From: Heptranchias perlo
Lineage: Eukaryota
Length of the DNA stretch: 64,000 bases
NCBI RefSeq assembly: GCF_035084215.1
Contig: NC_090364.1
Coordinates: forward strand, 4,526,001-4,590,000
Direction of reading: 5' to 3'
Shown: positions 1 to 10,802 of the stretch, piece after piece
Numbering within the stretch: position 1 is the stretch's first letter
Layout of the letters: every line of letters starts with the position of its first letter
Made by a program: the position numbers and the translations under genes
Notes under the pieces: model-generated
Seen by the model: the letters and a program-made list of their open reading frames with translations, nothing else
What the model was told of the DNA's origin: nothing
The model's database searches: none

Positions 1-1038
1 ATGACCCGCTGCGCGGTGGCCTCCAGCGGGTCCACCGGCAGGAAGGTCCCGCCCACCGTGAGCCCCTTACTAAGGGCCAGGGACACCGCCCGCTCGGACC
101 TCAGGAAGAACACCGCCCTCCCGTACATTTTTGAGGCCGCGACGATGGCCAAGGGGCCGACAACCTCGGCCATGGCCTTAACGCAGGCCTCAATGGTCAT
201 GTTGGGGTGGGCGTAGCTCTTCACCCCATGCTTCCTCGTAATGAGGCGGAAAGGCGCCGGCCCAGCAGGAGCGGCACGAACTGTAGGAGCGGCCCCCGAG
301 GTAACCGCCGAATACGTCCTGCTGGGTCCCGGCACCGGCGAAGATGGTGAAGCCATGACTTTAAGAGCCACACCCACCCCAAGTCTCAGGCCTTCGGATG
401 GAAATTGGCCTGTTTTGAAAAGAATCCTTGAGGAAACCTCTCTCCCCGAATCCCAGTGCTTGGTTGGGAGAGGGGCCCCTTTGTTGGTTTTTAAATTTTC
501 CCCAAGAACACCCTGGAGAGCAAGGGAATATCCTGGAGAGCAAGAGAAGGAAGGAAGGAGGGATGGATGGCAGAATGGGAAGGAGGGAGTCTGCAGGGGT
601 AGGCTGCTGTGGAAGAGGGGCGGGGTTGCACCTTAAAAGGTGGATCTTCTTCTGGTGGGCAGGGGGAGGAGATGTCTTCCCCGAGACAGCTGGAGCTGCC
701 GAGGCTCAGTCCTCCAAAGATTTGAAAAAGAAAGAAAGTAACTTCACCCAGGCAGCTCCAGCTGTCCTGGGCCAGACACTTGGGGGGGACCCCTGTCCTC
801 TAGTCTTCTTCCTCCCCCTACCTTCAGCCGACACACCTCACTGCACCGACCACCTCTTCCTCCCACTGGTTGGTGCTCTTTTTCTCCTTCTCCCTCCCTC
901 CTTGTTGATGGTGGTTTCTCCTTCTTTCTCCTTCTCCCCAAGGGACCCAGGCAAGGGCCTGCTCTCTCTGCTCTCTCTGCTCTCCACTCCACTCAGTGGC
1001 AGTCCAGCCACAAACACCTCCAAGGCCGAGCTGGTCTG
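1..1038 (-). mobile_element. Tx1-clade non-LTR retrotransposon copy A (5' UTR and start of ORF1; runs off window edge)
   Basis: Near-identical to 46822-47854 (copy C) and homologous to 6917-7946 (copy B). ORF1 ATG at 356 (MASPSSPVPG...). Confidence 0.93.
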
Positions 1039-1347
1039 AACAAAGACACTTTCAGATTGGAGGGAGGATTTTTTTCTCTTTTTTTTTTTCTCTTTGGATG
1101 TTGTCAGAGTCCGTGGCCCACGGACTCTGCCTCAGGCTGATTGGGACAGACAATTAGTGCCAGTTAACAGCACTGCGATAAAGAGAGGAGTCGGTTCTCC
1201 ATTTTTCTTTTTTTTTCCAAATTAGGCCCCCCTTTTATAAGAAGGGGGGTGTGGGGTGTGCTTAAATACTAAAACCAAACCAAAACCAAGTGTTCAAATT
1301 AAAATTTTATTATCCTCGTCCAGGATGCACTCCAGCCCCTGCGGTGC

Positions 1348-4300
1348 CTACCGGTCGCGGAAAGCCTCGAGCGTACCGGCAGACACCGCGTGCTCCATCT
1401 CCAGGGCCACCCGGGCGCGGAGCATCCCGCGGAAGAGAGGCAGACAGGCCGAGCGACCGCCCCCACGGACCACGATCATCCTAGACCTGTGGATGGCCAC
1501 CTTGGACAGGCCCAGGAGCAGGCCCACGAGGACGTCCACCGACCTGCCCGCCCCCCCCCTCCTCACCGGGCGGCCAAAGATCAGGAGCGTGGGACTGAAA
1601 TGCAGCCAGAACTTGAGGAGCAGCCCCTCCAAATAATGGAACGGGGGCTGCAGTCTCGCACACCCGGTGTACAGATGGAACACGGACTCCTCCAGGCCGC
1701 AGAAATCGCAAGCGGCCTGGGTGTCCGTGAAATGGCGTAACCGCCGGTTGCACGCGACTGCTCCGTGCGCCACCCTCCACCCCAGATCCCCAAAGTAACA
1801 CGGGAGGACCCCTGTATAGAGAGCCTCCCACTGGGGATCCCCGTCTCCGCCGGACGGCAGGCTGGCACGCCAGGGCGTGTCCGGCCGAGAGACGAGGGCG
1901 AGGAAGTGGATGGTGTGCAGGAGCAGCCCGTACAGGAAATCCCTCCGCGCGGTGTGAAACGGCACGGAGGGAATTTCCGAGAGACGGCTCAAGTTGTGAG
2001 GCGCGGCCCCCCGAGGGAGGTTCCGGGGTTTGGCGCCGAGGAGGAACTCCGTCCGAACGGGGGTCAGGTCGGACGGGATGGCTCCGCACGCCTGAGCCGC
2101 CTCCACATCCCGAGTGGAGTCAGGGCCGAGCGCCGATTTCAACGCCCGGATGGCGATGGCCGCGTCCCCGGCACGCCACGAGGACATCCGTGCGGCGAGC
2201 GCCCACGGCTCCAACCAACCCGACCCACCGCCATCCAGGACGTCCCTGACTCTGGTCACCCGACCGGCCACGGCCCTCCGCACCGACAGCCGCGAGTGGC
2301 CGAAGCCGATATCGCGGAGGAACGGATTCCCGAGCAGCGGCTCCTGCAGGACGGCCGCTACCCCTGACGGGCGAGAGCACCGACCGGAGGCGACCATGTT
2401 CCAGACCCTGAGCAGATCCTGGTACAAGACAGGCAGCTCCTGCAAAGACGTGCGGCCGCCCACCAGCGAGATGAACAGGAGCTGCGTGTCGTAGTTCAGG
2501 CCGTGCAGCTGGCGGAAAAAATACGTCGCCAGCGCACGCCATCTAAGAGGACGCTCAACGTACAGGTATCGCCGCAGCGTCCGAAGGCGGAAAGTTGCTA
2601 CCTGGGTGCGGACGCACACCAGCCCCTGACCGCCCTCCCTAAGCGGGAGACTCAGGACCGCGGCAGCGACCCAGTGTATCCCTTTGGCCCAGAAGAAGTC
2701 GACAAACTTCTTCTGAATCTTGGCGACAAACTCGGGGGGTGGGGTCAAAGTGACCAACCGGTACCACAACATGGCGGCCACCAGCTGGTTTATGACCAGC
2801 ACACGACCCCTGTAGGATAACACTCGGAGCAGTCCTGTCCAGCGCGCCAGGCGAGCGGCGACCTTGGCCTCCAGCTCTTCCCAGTTCGCCGGCCAGGCTT
2901 CCTCTGCAGGGCCGAGGTAGACTCCCAGGTACCGGAGGTGCGTGGTACTCCAGGCGAAAGGCCTGAGCTCCTCCGGCAGGGAGTCCACCCGCCACTGACC
3001 CACCAGGAGTCCGGAACATTTCTCCCAGTTGATCCTTGCGGAAGACGCCGCAGAGTAGACCTCTTGGCACTCGCGCATCCTCCGCAAGTCAAGGGGATCC
3101 GTGACCACGAGGAGCACGTCGTCGGCGTAAGCCGAAAGGACGACCTCCACGTCCGGCTCGCGCAGAGCCAGTCCCGACAACCTCTTGCGCAAGAGGCGCA
3201 GGAAAGGCTCCACGCAGACGGCGTATAATTGGCCGGACATGGGGCACCCCTGACGCACTCCTCTCCCAAAGCGAAGGGGCGCCGTCAAGGATCCGTTAAC
3301 CTTAATCAGACACTCCGCGGCGGCGTACAGAAGTCGGATCCGGGCGACGAAATGCGACCCGAACCCGAAAGCGCGCAGAGTCCCGAATAGATACTCGTGA
3401 TCCACCCTGTCGAACGCCTTCTCCTGATCTAAGGAAAGGAAGGCGACCGACAGACCAGCCCTCTGGGAATGGTGGATCAGGTCCCGGACCAGATGGATGT
3501 TATCGTGGATCTTCCGGCCCGGGACCGTGTAGGACTGGTCGGGGTGGATCATGTGGGCCAGCACGGTGCCCAGGCGAGCAGACATCGCCTTGGCAAAGAC
3601 CTTATAATCCGTGCTGAGGAGGGAGACCGGGCGCCAGTTTTTAAGGTTGCGGAGATCCCCCTTAGGCAGCAGGACCACGACCGCCCTGCGCCACGAAAGG
3701 GGCATCTCCCCGGTCGCCAGACATTCCCCCAGGACCCGCGCGTAGTCGCCCCCCAGGACGTCCCAGAAGGCCCTGAGGAACTCCACGGTCAGCCCGTCCA
3801 GCCCCGGGGACTTGCCCCTGGAGAGCTGGTGGAGGGCGCCGGTCAGCTCCGCCAAACTGAGCGGAGCGTCCAGACGCTCGGCGTCCTCCGGGCCGACCTT
3901 CGGCAAGTCCTCCCACAAAACTCTGCGCGCCTCCTCGCTGGACGGATCCGGAGAGAACAGAGCCTCGTAGAAAGATCGAGCCCGGGCCCTGACTCCCTCC
4001 GGGTCCGAGACGAGGGACCCGTCGTCGGCCAGCAGCGTAAGGAGCTGCTTACGAGCCCCCCGCCGCTTTTCCAGCGAGTAGAAGAAGGGAGAGCCGCGGT
4101 CCAGGTCCCGCAGGAGCTGGAGCCGCGACCTCACGTACGCTCCTCGGGACCCGACCAGTTGCAGGTCCCTCAGAGCGTCCTTCCTCTCCTCGTACACCTG
4201 CCGCAGGGCCGGATCCTCGGCGGCCTGACCGAGACGGGACTCCAGGCCAAGCACCTCCTGCTCCAACCGCCTGACCTCGGACTCCCGCCTCTTAGTCGAC

Positions 4301-5199
4301 CCCCTCGCGTACTCTTGACAGAAGAGGCGGACGTGAGCCTTGCCCACGTCCCACCATAGCCTCAAGGAGGAGAAGCCTCCCCGCTTCCCTCTCCAGTCGC
4401 TCCAGAACAGACGGAACGAGTCCCGGAACCGCGCGTCCTCCAGCAGCCGGTTGTTAAAGTGCCAATACGCGGACCCCGACCGGGCGCGGAGCAGAGCGAG
4501 CTCCATCCACACCAGGTGGTGGTCCGAGCACGACACCGGCCGGATGGAGGCCGACGGGACGCAGGAGGCGTACGCCCGCGAAACGTACAGGCGGTCGATT
4601 CTGGAGCTCCCTCCTCCGGCCCTCACAAAGGTGAACTGGCCGGAGTCGGGATGGAGATTCCGCCAGACGTCCACCAAGTCGAAGGACCCGACCAGGTCCC
4701 TCAACTTCTCCGTCGCCGTTCGGGCACGCGCGGGACCGGAGCGGTCCCTCGCCTCGAGGGTACGGTTAAAATCCCCCCCGAGGATAATGCACTCGCCGGC
4801 GTCGACGGAGTTCAGGTAAGCGGACACTTCCTCAAAGAAGCTCACTTGCTCGCCCTCGGACCAGGGGGCGTACACGTTCACCAGGTGAAGCGGCACGTCC
4901 CCGTGGCGAAGGGCTACGTGGAGCAAGCGGCCCGGCACCGGCTCCTTGACCCCCAAGATCTCCGGCTGAAAAGTCGGGGCCAACAAGATGGCCACCCCGC
5001 TCGAAACGCTGGCGAGGTGACTCAAGTAGACCCCCCCTCCCCATTCCAGGATCCACGTGGCCTCGTCTCCCGGAACGGTGTGGGTTTCCTGCAGAAAGCA
5101 CACCGCATACTTCCCGTCCCGCAGGACCGAGAACTTGTCAAATCTACGGCGGGCGTCTCTGCCGCCGTTGATGTTGAGGCTGGCTATGGTTATCTCCAT
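1348..5199 (-). CDS. Tx1 ORF2 (APE endonuclease + reverse transcriptase + C-terminal Cys/His motif), copy B; premature TAG removes last ~18 aa
   Basis: MEITIASLNING, LQETH, GGDFN, SDH (APE); WRPVSLL, LDQEKAFDRV, GVRQGCP, YADD, YLG (RT); CDFC...H...C. The TGG in copies D/E is TAG at 1348-1350; the normal stop would be at 1294. First ATG at 5199. Confidence 0.95.
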   Translation of the reverse strand: MEITIASLNINGGRDARRRFDKFSVLRDGKYAVCFLQETHTVPGDEATWILEWGGGVYLSHLASVSSGVAILLAPTFQPEILGVKEPVPGRLLHVALRHGDVPLHLVNVYAPWSEGEQVSFFEEVSAYLNSVDAGECIILGGDFNRTLEARDRSGPARARTATEKLRDLVGSFDLVDVWRNLHPDSGQFTFVRAGGGSSRIDRLYVSRAYASCVPSASIRPVSCSDHHLVWMELALLRARSGSAYWHFNNRLLEDARFRDSFRLFWSDWRGKRGGFSSLRLWWDVGKAHVRLFCQEYARGSTKRRESEVRRLEQEVLGLESRLGQAAEDPALRQVYEERKDALRDLQLVGSRGAYVRSRLQLLRDLDRGSPFFYSLEKRRGARKQLLTLLADDGSLVSDPEGVRARARSFYEALFSPDPSSEEARRVLWEDLPKVGPEDAERLDAPLSLAELTGALHQLSRGKSPGLDGLTVEFLRAFWDVLGGDYARVLGECLATGEMPLSWRRAVVVLLPKGDLRNLKNWRPVSLLSTDYKVFAKAMSARLGTVLAHMIHPDQSYTVPGRKIHDNIHLVRDLIHHSQRAGLSVAFLSLDQEKAFDRVDHEYLFGTLRAFGFGSHFVARIRLLYAAAECLIKVNGSLTAPLRFGRGVRQGCPMSGQLYAVCVEPFLRLLRKRLSGLALREPDVEVVLSAYADDVLLVVTDPLDLRRMRECQEVYSAASSARINWEKCSGLLVGQWRVDSLPEELRPFAWSTTHLRYLGVYLGPAEEAWPANWEELEAKVAARLARWTGLLRVLSYRGRVLVINQLVAAMLWYRLVTLTPPPEFVAKIQKKFVDFFWAKGIHWVAAAVLSLPLREGGQGLVCVRTQVATFRLRTLRRYLYVERPLRWRALATYFFRQLHGLNYDTQLLFISLVGGRTSLQELPVLYQDLLRVWNMVASGRCSRPSGVAAVLQEPLLGNPFLRDIGFGHSRLSVRRAVAGRVTRVRDVLDGGGSGWLEPWALAARMSSWRAGDAAIAIRALKSALGPDSTRDVEAAQACGAIPSDLTPVRTEFLLGAKPRNLPRGAAPHNLSRLSEIPSVPFHTARRDFLYGLLLHTIHFLALVSRPDTPWRASLPSGGDGDPQWEALYTGVLPCYFGDLGWRVAHGAVACNRRLRHFTDTQAACDFCGLEESVFHLYTGCARLQPPFHYLEGLLLKFWLHFSPTLLIFGRPVRRGGAGRSVDVLVGLLLGLSKVAIHRSRMIVVRGGGRSACLPLFRGMLRARVALEMEHAVSAGTLEAFRDR

Positions 5200-5228
5200 G
5201 GCAAGAGCACAGCGCAACCTACTTAAAC

Positions 5229-7271
5229 CTAATGCGCGGAGGGAGCGGGGCCGCTAGTCGACCGCCACTCCCTCAAGAGCCCGGTGAGGAGGGATCTGAG
5301 CCGACGCAGCCCGACCCCGCCGCCGTCCCCTTCCGCGGCCACGGACGCGACGGCGGCCAGGACCGAGCGGATTAACTGCGCCGGCTCCGACCAACGGTCG
5401 AGGGCCAGCCGGACGCCATCGCGACGACGGCTCCAACCGGACGCAAAATCCCGGAGTTCCTCAACGGGGATGAGGGGAGACTCGGTGCCGGGCACGAGGG
5501 CGTCCACCACCTCACTGGCGGCGAACTCCAAATCCTCCCCAGTGCCCACCACCGAGTCCCCGTCCTCCTCCGGGTCATCGTCGCCCGCGGCCGACCCGCT
5601 CCCCGCACAAAGCGCGGAGAACGAGACGGCCGCGCCGGCCAGCCCCGCCTCCGCCACGATCCCACCCCCAGGATCGTCGGCAGAGGAGTCCTCCCCGGGC
5701 TCCACCGGGGGGTCCGAGTCAGACGGCGGCGCCGGGCGGGGACCCTCCCCAGCCTCCGAGCGGTGAAAAACCGGCACCCGGATATAAGGGGAACCCGGGG
5801 AAACCGGGGAGAACGTGTACTCAAGTTCTCCCACCTCCCCCGGCCCCGAGCCCAGAGACTGAGAGGAGGGGGTCTCCCCACCCACGTCGCCAGCGACCGA
5901 CCCGGCCGGTGAGATATTCTGGTTAAAACCCACCACCAGGTCGAGCAGGTCCTGGGAGAGGTCGAGCCGGGGGCAGACGAATTTGGCCGCAACGGCCTCG
6001 CCCACCCCGGCACCCAGGACGCCCGACCCGGTGAACAGGGTAGTGTCGGGTAAATGCGGAGCCGCGACCCCCCCTATCGGCGGGGTCTCTCCATCCCCCC
6101 CGGGAGGCACGGGCACGATCTCCTCCCCCCGAGAGGTGGATGACCCCCGCCGCTGTTCGGATGTCACGGGCGGGGCCGCAGGATCCGCGACCGGCACCGA
6201 CTCCCCTTCCACGGGGGGCCGTCCCTTAGCAGGGAGCCCGTTCGCTTCCGGGGAGTGGTGCCTCTTTTTCTTCCAGGAGGGTCGCGGAGGGAGGGGGGAC
6301 TCCATGTCTGCTGGGACCCCCGCCTCCGCTCCCTCCTGATCACCCGCCAGCCCGGGCTCTGTCGCGACCGCGAGATGTTGACTGGCCGCGGTCACGGCCT
6401 CGGGCTGACTGAGATCTTCTCTGTCCCGGGGACCAGCCTCTAGATTCTTCCTCTTTCTCCGCGCCTTTCTCTGGCGAGGGTTCCCCTCCTCCCCCCTGGC
6501 GGAGGCCTCGACGCCAACCTCCACCCGCGCAGTTGACTCTCCCGACGCGGGGGCGGGGTTGGGGGGAGGAGCGGTGGCGGCGCCAGCCCCGGCCGCCGTA
6601 GCTGTTTTGGCGGCCTGAGAGGCAGGGCAGTTCCTCTTCAGGTGCCCCACCTCCTTACAGGCATGGCACCGCCCACCCTCTGCCGTCCAAAAGACGCGGT
6701 AGGCGGTCCCCTCGTGGAGGGCGTTAAAGCCCCCCTCCGTAACCTCCTCCCGTGCCAGCTTGACGAATGCCTGGCGACGGAAGGAGTAAACATGCCGGAG
6801 GCTGTTCTCCCTGAGTCCGAGCGGCAGCGGCGTTACCCCCGACCTCACCTCCCCCAGTTGACGTAGGTGGGGGAGGAGGAGCTCGTCCGACAGGAAAGGC
6901 GGGACGTTGGATAAAATGACTCGCTGCGCGGTGGCCTCCAGCGGGTCCACCGGCAGGAAGGTCCCGCCCACCGTGAGCCCCTTACTAAGGGCCAGGGACA
7001 CCGCCCGCTCGGACCTCAGGAAGAACACCGCCCTCCCGTACATTTTTGAGGCCGCGACGATGGCCGAGGGGCCGACAACCTCGGCCATGGCCTTAGCGCA
7101 GGCCTCAATGGTCATGTTGGGGTGGGCGTAGCTCTTCACCCCATGCTTCCTCGTAATGAGGCGGAAAGGCGCCGGCCCAGCAGGAGCGGCACGAACTGTA
7201 GGAGCGGCCCCCGAGGTAACCGCCGCATACGTCCTGCTGGGTCCCGGCACCGGCGAAGATGGTGAAGCCAT
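5229..7271 (-). CDS. Tx1 ORF1 (gag-like nucleic-acid-binding protein), copy B, 680 aa
   Basis: N-terminal ASKMYG..VFFL / VILSNVPPF / SFRRQ region typical of Tx1 ORF1; zinc knuckle CHACKEVGHLKRNC (CX2CX4HX4C); long low-complexity acidic tail. Confidence 0.93.
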   Translation of the reverse strand: MASPSSPVPGPSRTYAAVTSGAAPTVRAAPAGPAPFRLITRKHGVKSYAHPNMTIEACAKAMAEVVGPSAIVAASKMYGRAVFFLRSERAVSLALSKGLTVGGTFLPVDPLEATAQRVILSNVPPFLSDELLLPHLRQLGEVRSGVTPLPLGLRENSLRHVYSFRRQAFVKLAREEVTEGGFNALHEGTAYRVFWTAEGGRCHACKEVGHLKRNCPASQAAKTATAAGAGAATAPPPNPAPASGESTARVEVGVEASARGEEGNPRQRKARRKRKNLEAGPRDREDLSQPEAVTAASQHLAVATEPGLAGDQEGAEAGVPADMESPLPPRPSWKKKRHHSPEANGLPAKGRPPVEGESVPVADPAAPPVTSEQRRGSSTSRGEEIVPVPPGGDGETPPIGGVAAPHLPDTTLFTGSGVLGAGVGEAVAAKFVCPRLDLSQDLLDLVVGFNQNISPAGSVAGDVGGETPSSQSLGSGPGEVGELEYTFSPVSPGSPYIRVPVFHRSEAGEGPRPAPPSDSDPPVEPGEDSSADDPGGGIVAEAGLAGAAVSFSALCAGSGSAAGDDDPEEDGDSVVGTGEDLEFAASEVVDALVPGTESPLIPVEELRDFASGWSRRRDGVRLALDRWSEPAQLIRSVLAAVASVAAEGDGGGVGLRRLRSLLTGLLREWRSTSGPAPSAH

Positions 7272-8277
7272 GACCTAAAGAGCCACACCCACCCCAAGTC
7301 TCAGGCCTTCTGAAGGATATTGGCCTTTTTTTTTTAAAGTCAACCTTGAGGAAAACCTCTCTCCCCGAATCCCAGTGCTTGGTTGGGAGAGGGGCCCCTT
7401 TGCTGGTTTTATTTTCCCCCAGAATATCCGGGAGAGCAAGAGAAGGAGGGAGCGATGGATGGCAGAATGGGAAGGAGGGAGTCTGCAGGGGTAGGCTGCT
7501 GCAGAAGTGGGTGGAAGAGGGGCGGGGTTGCACCTTAAAAGGTGGATCTTCTTCTGCCTGTCTTCCAGTGGGCAGGGGGAGGAGATGTCTTCCCCTAGAC
7601 AGCTGGAGCTGCCTAGGCTCAGTCCTCCAAAGATTTGAAGAAGTAAGTAACTTCACCCAGGCAGCTCCAGCTGTCCCGGGCCAGACACTTGGGGGGGGGG
7701 GGGACCCCTGTCCTCTGAAGTCTTCTTCCTCCCCCTACCTTCAGCCGACGCACCTCACTGCACCGACCACCTCTTCCTCCCTCTGTTGGTGCTCTTTACT
7801 TCTCCCTCCCTCCTTGTTGATGGTGGTTTCTCCTTCTCCTTCTCCTCCTTCTCCCCAAGGGACCCAGGCAAGGGCCCGCCCCCTCTGCTCTCCACTCCAC
7901 TCAGTGGCAGTCCAGCCACAAACACCTCCAAGGCCTTGCTGGTCTGAACAAAGAGTCACTTTCAGATTGGTGGGAAGTCAAAGAGCCCAAAAGCAGTGAC
8001 ATCACTGAGACTGATCATCCAAACCGGACTGTATTCCAAACCACTGATTGGCTCTGGGTATCAATCCCGCCCCCATAACCCGTCCTTTGTTAATTGGTGC
8101 CTGGATTCATGGAAGATTCCCGAGTGGCTATCGGGGATTGTCAATCATCATTGGTGATGTCATTCCAAGGTTGAATGCCGGCTGTCCCAGTGGTATAAAT
8201 ACAAGAGCTTGTGCAGAAAGTGGATAGTTCTATAATTTTCTGGGTAATAGTATTCATATATTTAAAAAAAAGTGAAG

Positions 8278-10802
8278 ATGGCTTCCCAAGTGTGTCAGAA
8301 CTATCACAAGGAGTGTGAGGATGGTGTCAACTAGCAGATCAATATGGAGCTCTATTCCTCCTATGTTTACCTCTCCATGGTGAGTCTTTTATTTATTGTC
8401 ACTGCATTCTAAGTAGTTTGAATTTCTCCAGTTCAATAAACTGGCTTTACATTTTATTTCTCTTGACTTCCTTCCACTGCCCTCCATGGAGGAAAACATT
8501 TTTTGAGCAGTGAGTACTTCCAGTGTGTAATGTCGAGTGATCTTGTTGAGTTAACAGACTGTTCCTTACAGCAGCTGCACTCTATTGAGGGGTTTAATAT
8601 GAACCTGGCTCAGCTGCTGCCTGAGTTTGTGAGAAGAGCAGAAACCTGGTCAAGTGCTTGTCAGCATTTGACAATGTTCAATTTCAATGGGGTGACTGTA
8701 GCCAGTGAAATGTTGACTGGTCCTCACTAGTTTTCTTGCCTTGAGAATCCTAGTGATTTCTTCACTGTGCTGAGATCTCTATTACACTAAATGTAGACTC
8801 CAGTGTAAAACTATCGGAATGGAGGAATTGTCTCTTGTTCATCCACCAATTTTAGATTAGAATGGAGATTTTAAGAAGGTACAAATTGCTCAGAAATAGA
8901 GTTTTGGATGAAATGTGATCCCTGACCTTAATTGCTACTTTTCCCTGAGTGAACCTTTCATTTATCCTATTGTGGGGGGGCTATTAAACAACTTGTGAAA
9001 TAAATTGAATTTTACTAGTTAACAAATGTTAGCTAATTTCTAACAAAACATTGAGCACTCACTGGGGTTCAGGGGAAGAATAGATAATTGTATGTAGATG
9101 AGATCTGGGTCTAACGTGACTCTGTCTAATATTCTCTCTGCAGTCCTATTACTTTGACCGGGATGATGTTGCCCTGCGTCACTTTGCTGAGTTCTTCAAG
9201 GAGCAGTCACATGAGGAACGGGAGCACGCTGAGAAACTGCTGAAATTCCAGAATCAGCGTGGAGGCTGAATCATCTTGGAGGATATCAAGGTTAGCTGTG
9301 GAGAAATATTAGTGACTGGATGACAAATGGCAAGATGTTGGAGGAACAGACCATGGGTGGAAATGTAATTCCTTGAGTATGAATAGTTTGCTGAAACCAA
9401 TAGGGATGAGGTACAAAAGCAAACAAGATAGCTGTGATGAGGGAATAGTTGAAGTGAAGAGTGGATAAACATGAAATGGAGCCAGTGGCAGTGTTGGTTT
9501 ATGTAGGATATTGTCCTTGTGTGGAGGTGTTATATGGGATTGTCATACATCTATCCCTCTAAAACAAGGTTGAGGAGTAGGGAAACATGAAAATGTCTGA
9601 TTTTAATACTATATTAATCAAGTCAATGAGGTAATAAAACATACTCCTTAAATGCTCTGAGATAGGTCCCAACAATACTTGCATGTCTATGCTTTAGGCA
9701 AAGGCAGTGTAATTAATTTTGGATTGTTCTGGCTAAGATCTATGACATGATGGGCTGAATGGCCTGCCTTGTGCTCTATATGTAACTAATCTTAGTGTGA
9801 TCTCTTGTATTATTAACATGTTTTGGGGATTGATTTCTCATCTTGAGCTTGTTTTGGTCATTCGTTCACAATACAGTCTCAGCCTTCAGACTGAGGATGG
9901 AGCATGAGGAATTGTTTCACAGCAGAAAATGTGTATTGGGCTGTAATCTTTAACTGATGGATGTAACTTTATTTGTGTCGGAACAAGTACTTTGTTCAGT
10001 TGTCTTGGGTATAAACTGTATCTCCATAACTCCAATTCTTGTATGAAGTTAGCCATGAGAGCATCAGATGTTCATGGCATTTTAAACATTCTGCTCTTTC
10101 AGAAGCCAGAGCAGGATGAGTGGAGCAATGGTCTGGAGGTGATGCAGAGAGCTCTGCAGATGGAGAAGAATGTGAACCAGAGTCTGCTGGATCTGCACAA
10201 ACTGTCCACTGAGAGGACAGACCCTCATGTAAGTTTGGAATGCCTTGAAGTGTTTAATATTTTGTTTGGGTGAAAGGAATAGTAACTTCAGGTTGCCAAA
10301 GCCAGTGCTGTTCTTCAGATATCAGACTGAGTTCTGTCTAATAGCTTTTCACTTCTCAGGCTGATATACTGGGTAGATTGTATTGGACTGTCATTGGTGA
10401 AAATTTTCCATCTGCTTTATTCAGCTTAATGGATGCCTTGGAATTCGTATCAATTTTTGGTGAGTGGCTGAGCTCTGAAAACAAGTGATGATGGGAAAGT
10501 TTTGTGTCGGGAGTTGATTCTTGTACAGTAATCACAGATTACTTTTCTCCTGAAGTAGGAGAAAATGACTCGATCCAGACTGCTTGAAAAGCAATTTGTT
10601 CAATAAACTGATAATAGCTGCCTCAATGAAAATGTCTCCCTTTCCTAGTTGTGATTTCCTGGAGACCCACTACTTGGATGAACAAGTGAAGATGATCAAG
10701 AAGCTTGGAGATCACATCACCAACCTGAAGAGACTGGGAGCCCCTGAGAATGGCATGGGAGTGTACCTGTTTGACAAGCTCAGCCTGGGGGAGAGTGATT
10801 CA
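8278..10802 (+). pseudogene. Ferritin pseudogene (array copy 1)
   Basis: Exons 8278-8379, 9144-9290, 10103-10228, 10649-~10802. In-frame TAG at 8332 (AAG in other copies), TGA at 9267 (CGA in others), 2-nt deletion at start of exon 4, normal TAA changed to TCA. Confidence 0.93.

Larger units (their letters stand above)
1201..7946 (-). mobile_element. Full-length Tx1-clade non-LTR retrotransposon copy B
   Basis: Poly(T) tail at ~1202-1216, short 3' UTR, ORF2 (APE+RT), ORF1 (CCHC knuckle), ~670 bp 5' UTR ending at ...GCTGGTCTG, which abuts the ferritin copy-1 upstream sequence. Confidence 0.96.

Noticed and set aside
1256-7131. Many 100-300 aa plus-strand and alternative-frame ORFs within the Tx1 copies
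   Set aside because: Shadow ORFs expected in GC-rich coding DNA; no recognisable motifs; they recur only because the elements are duplicated.
9745-9785. Short CR1/HE1-type 3' tail fragments (also ~20583 and ~15400)
   Set aside because: Too short and degraded to delimit or assign; ordinary repeat debris.
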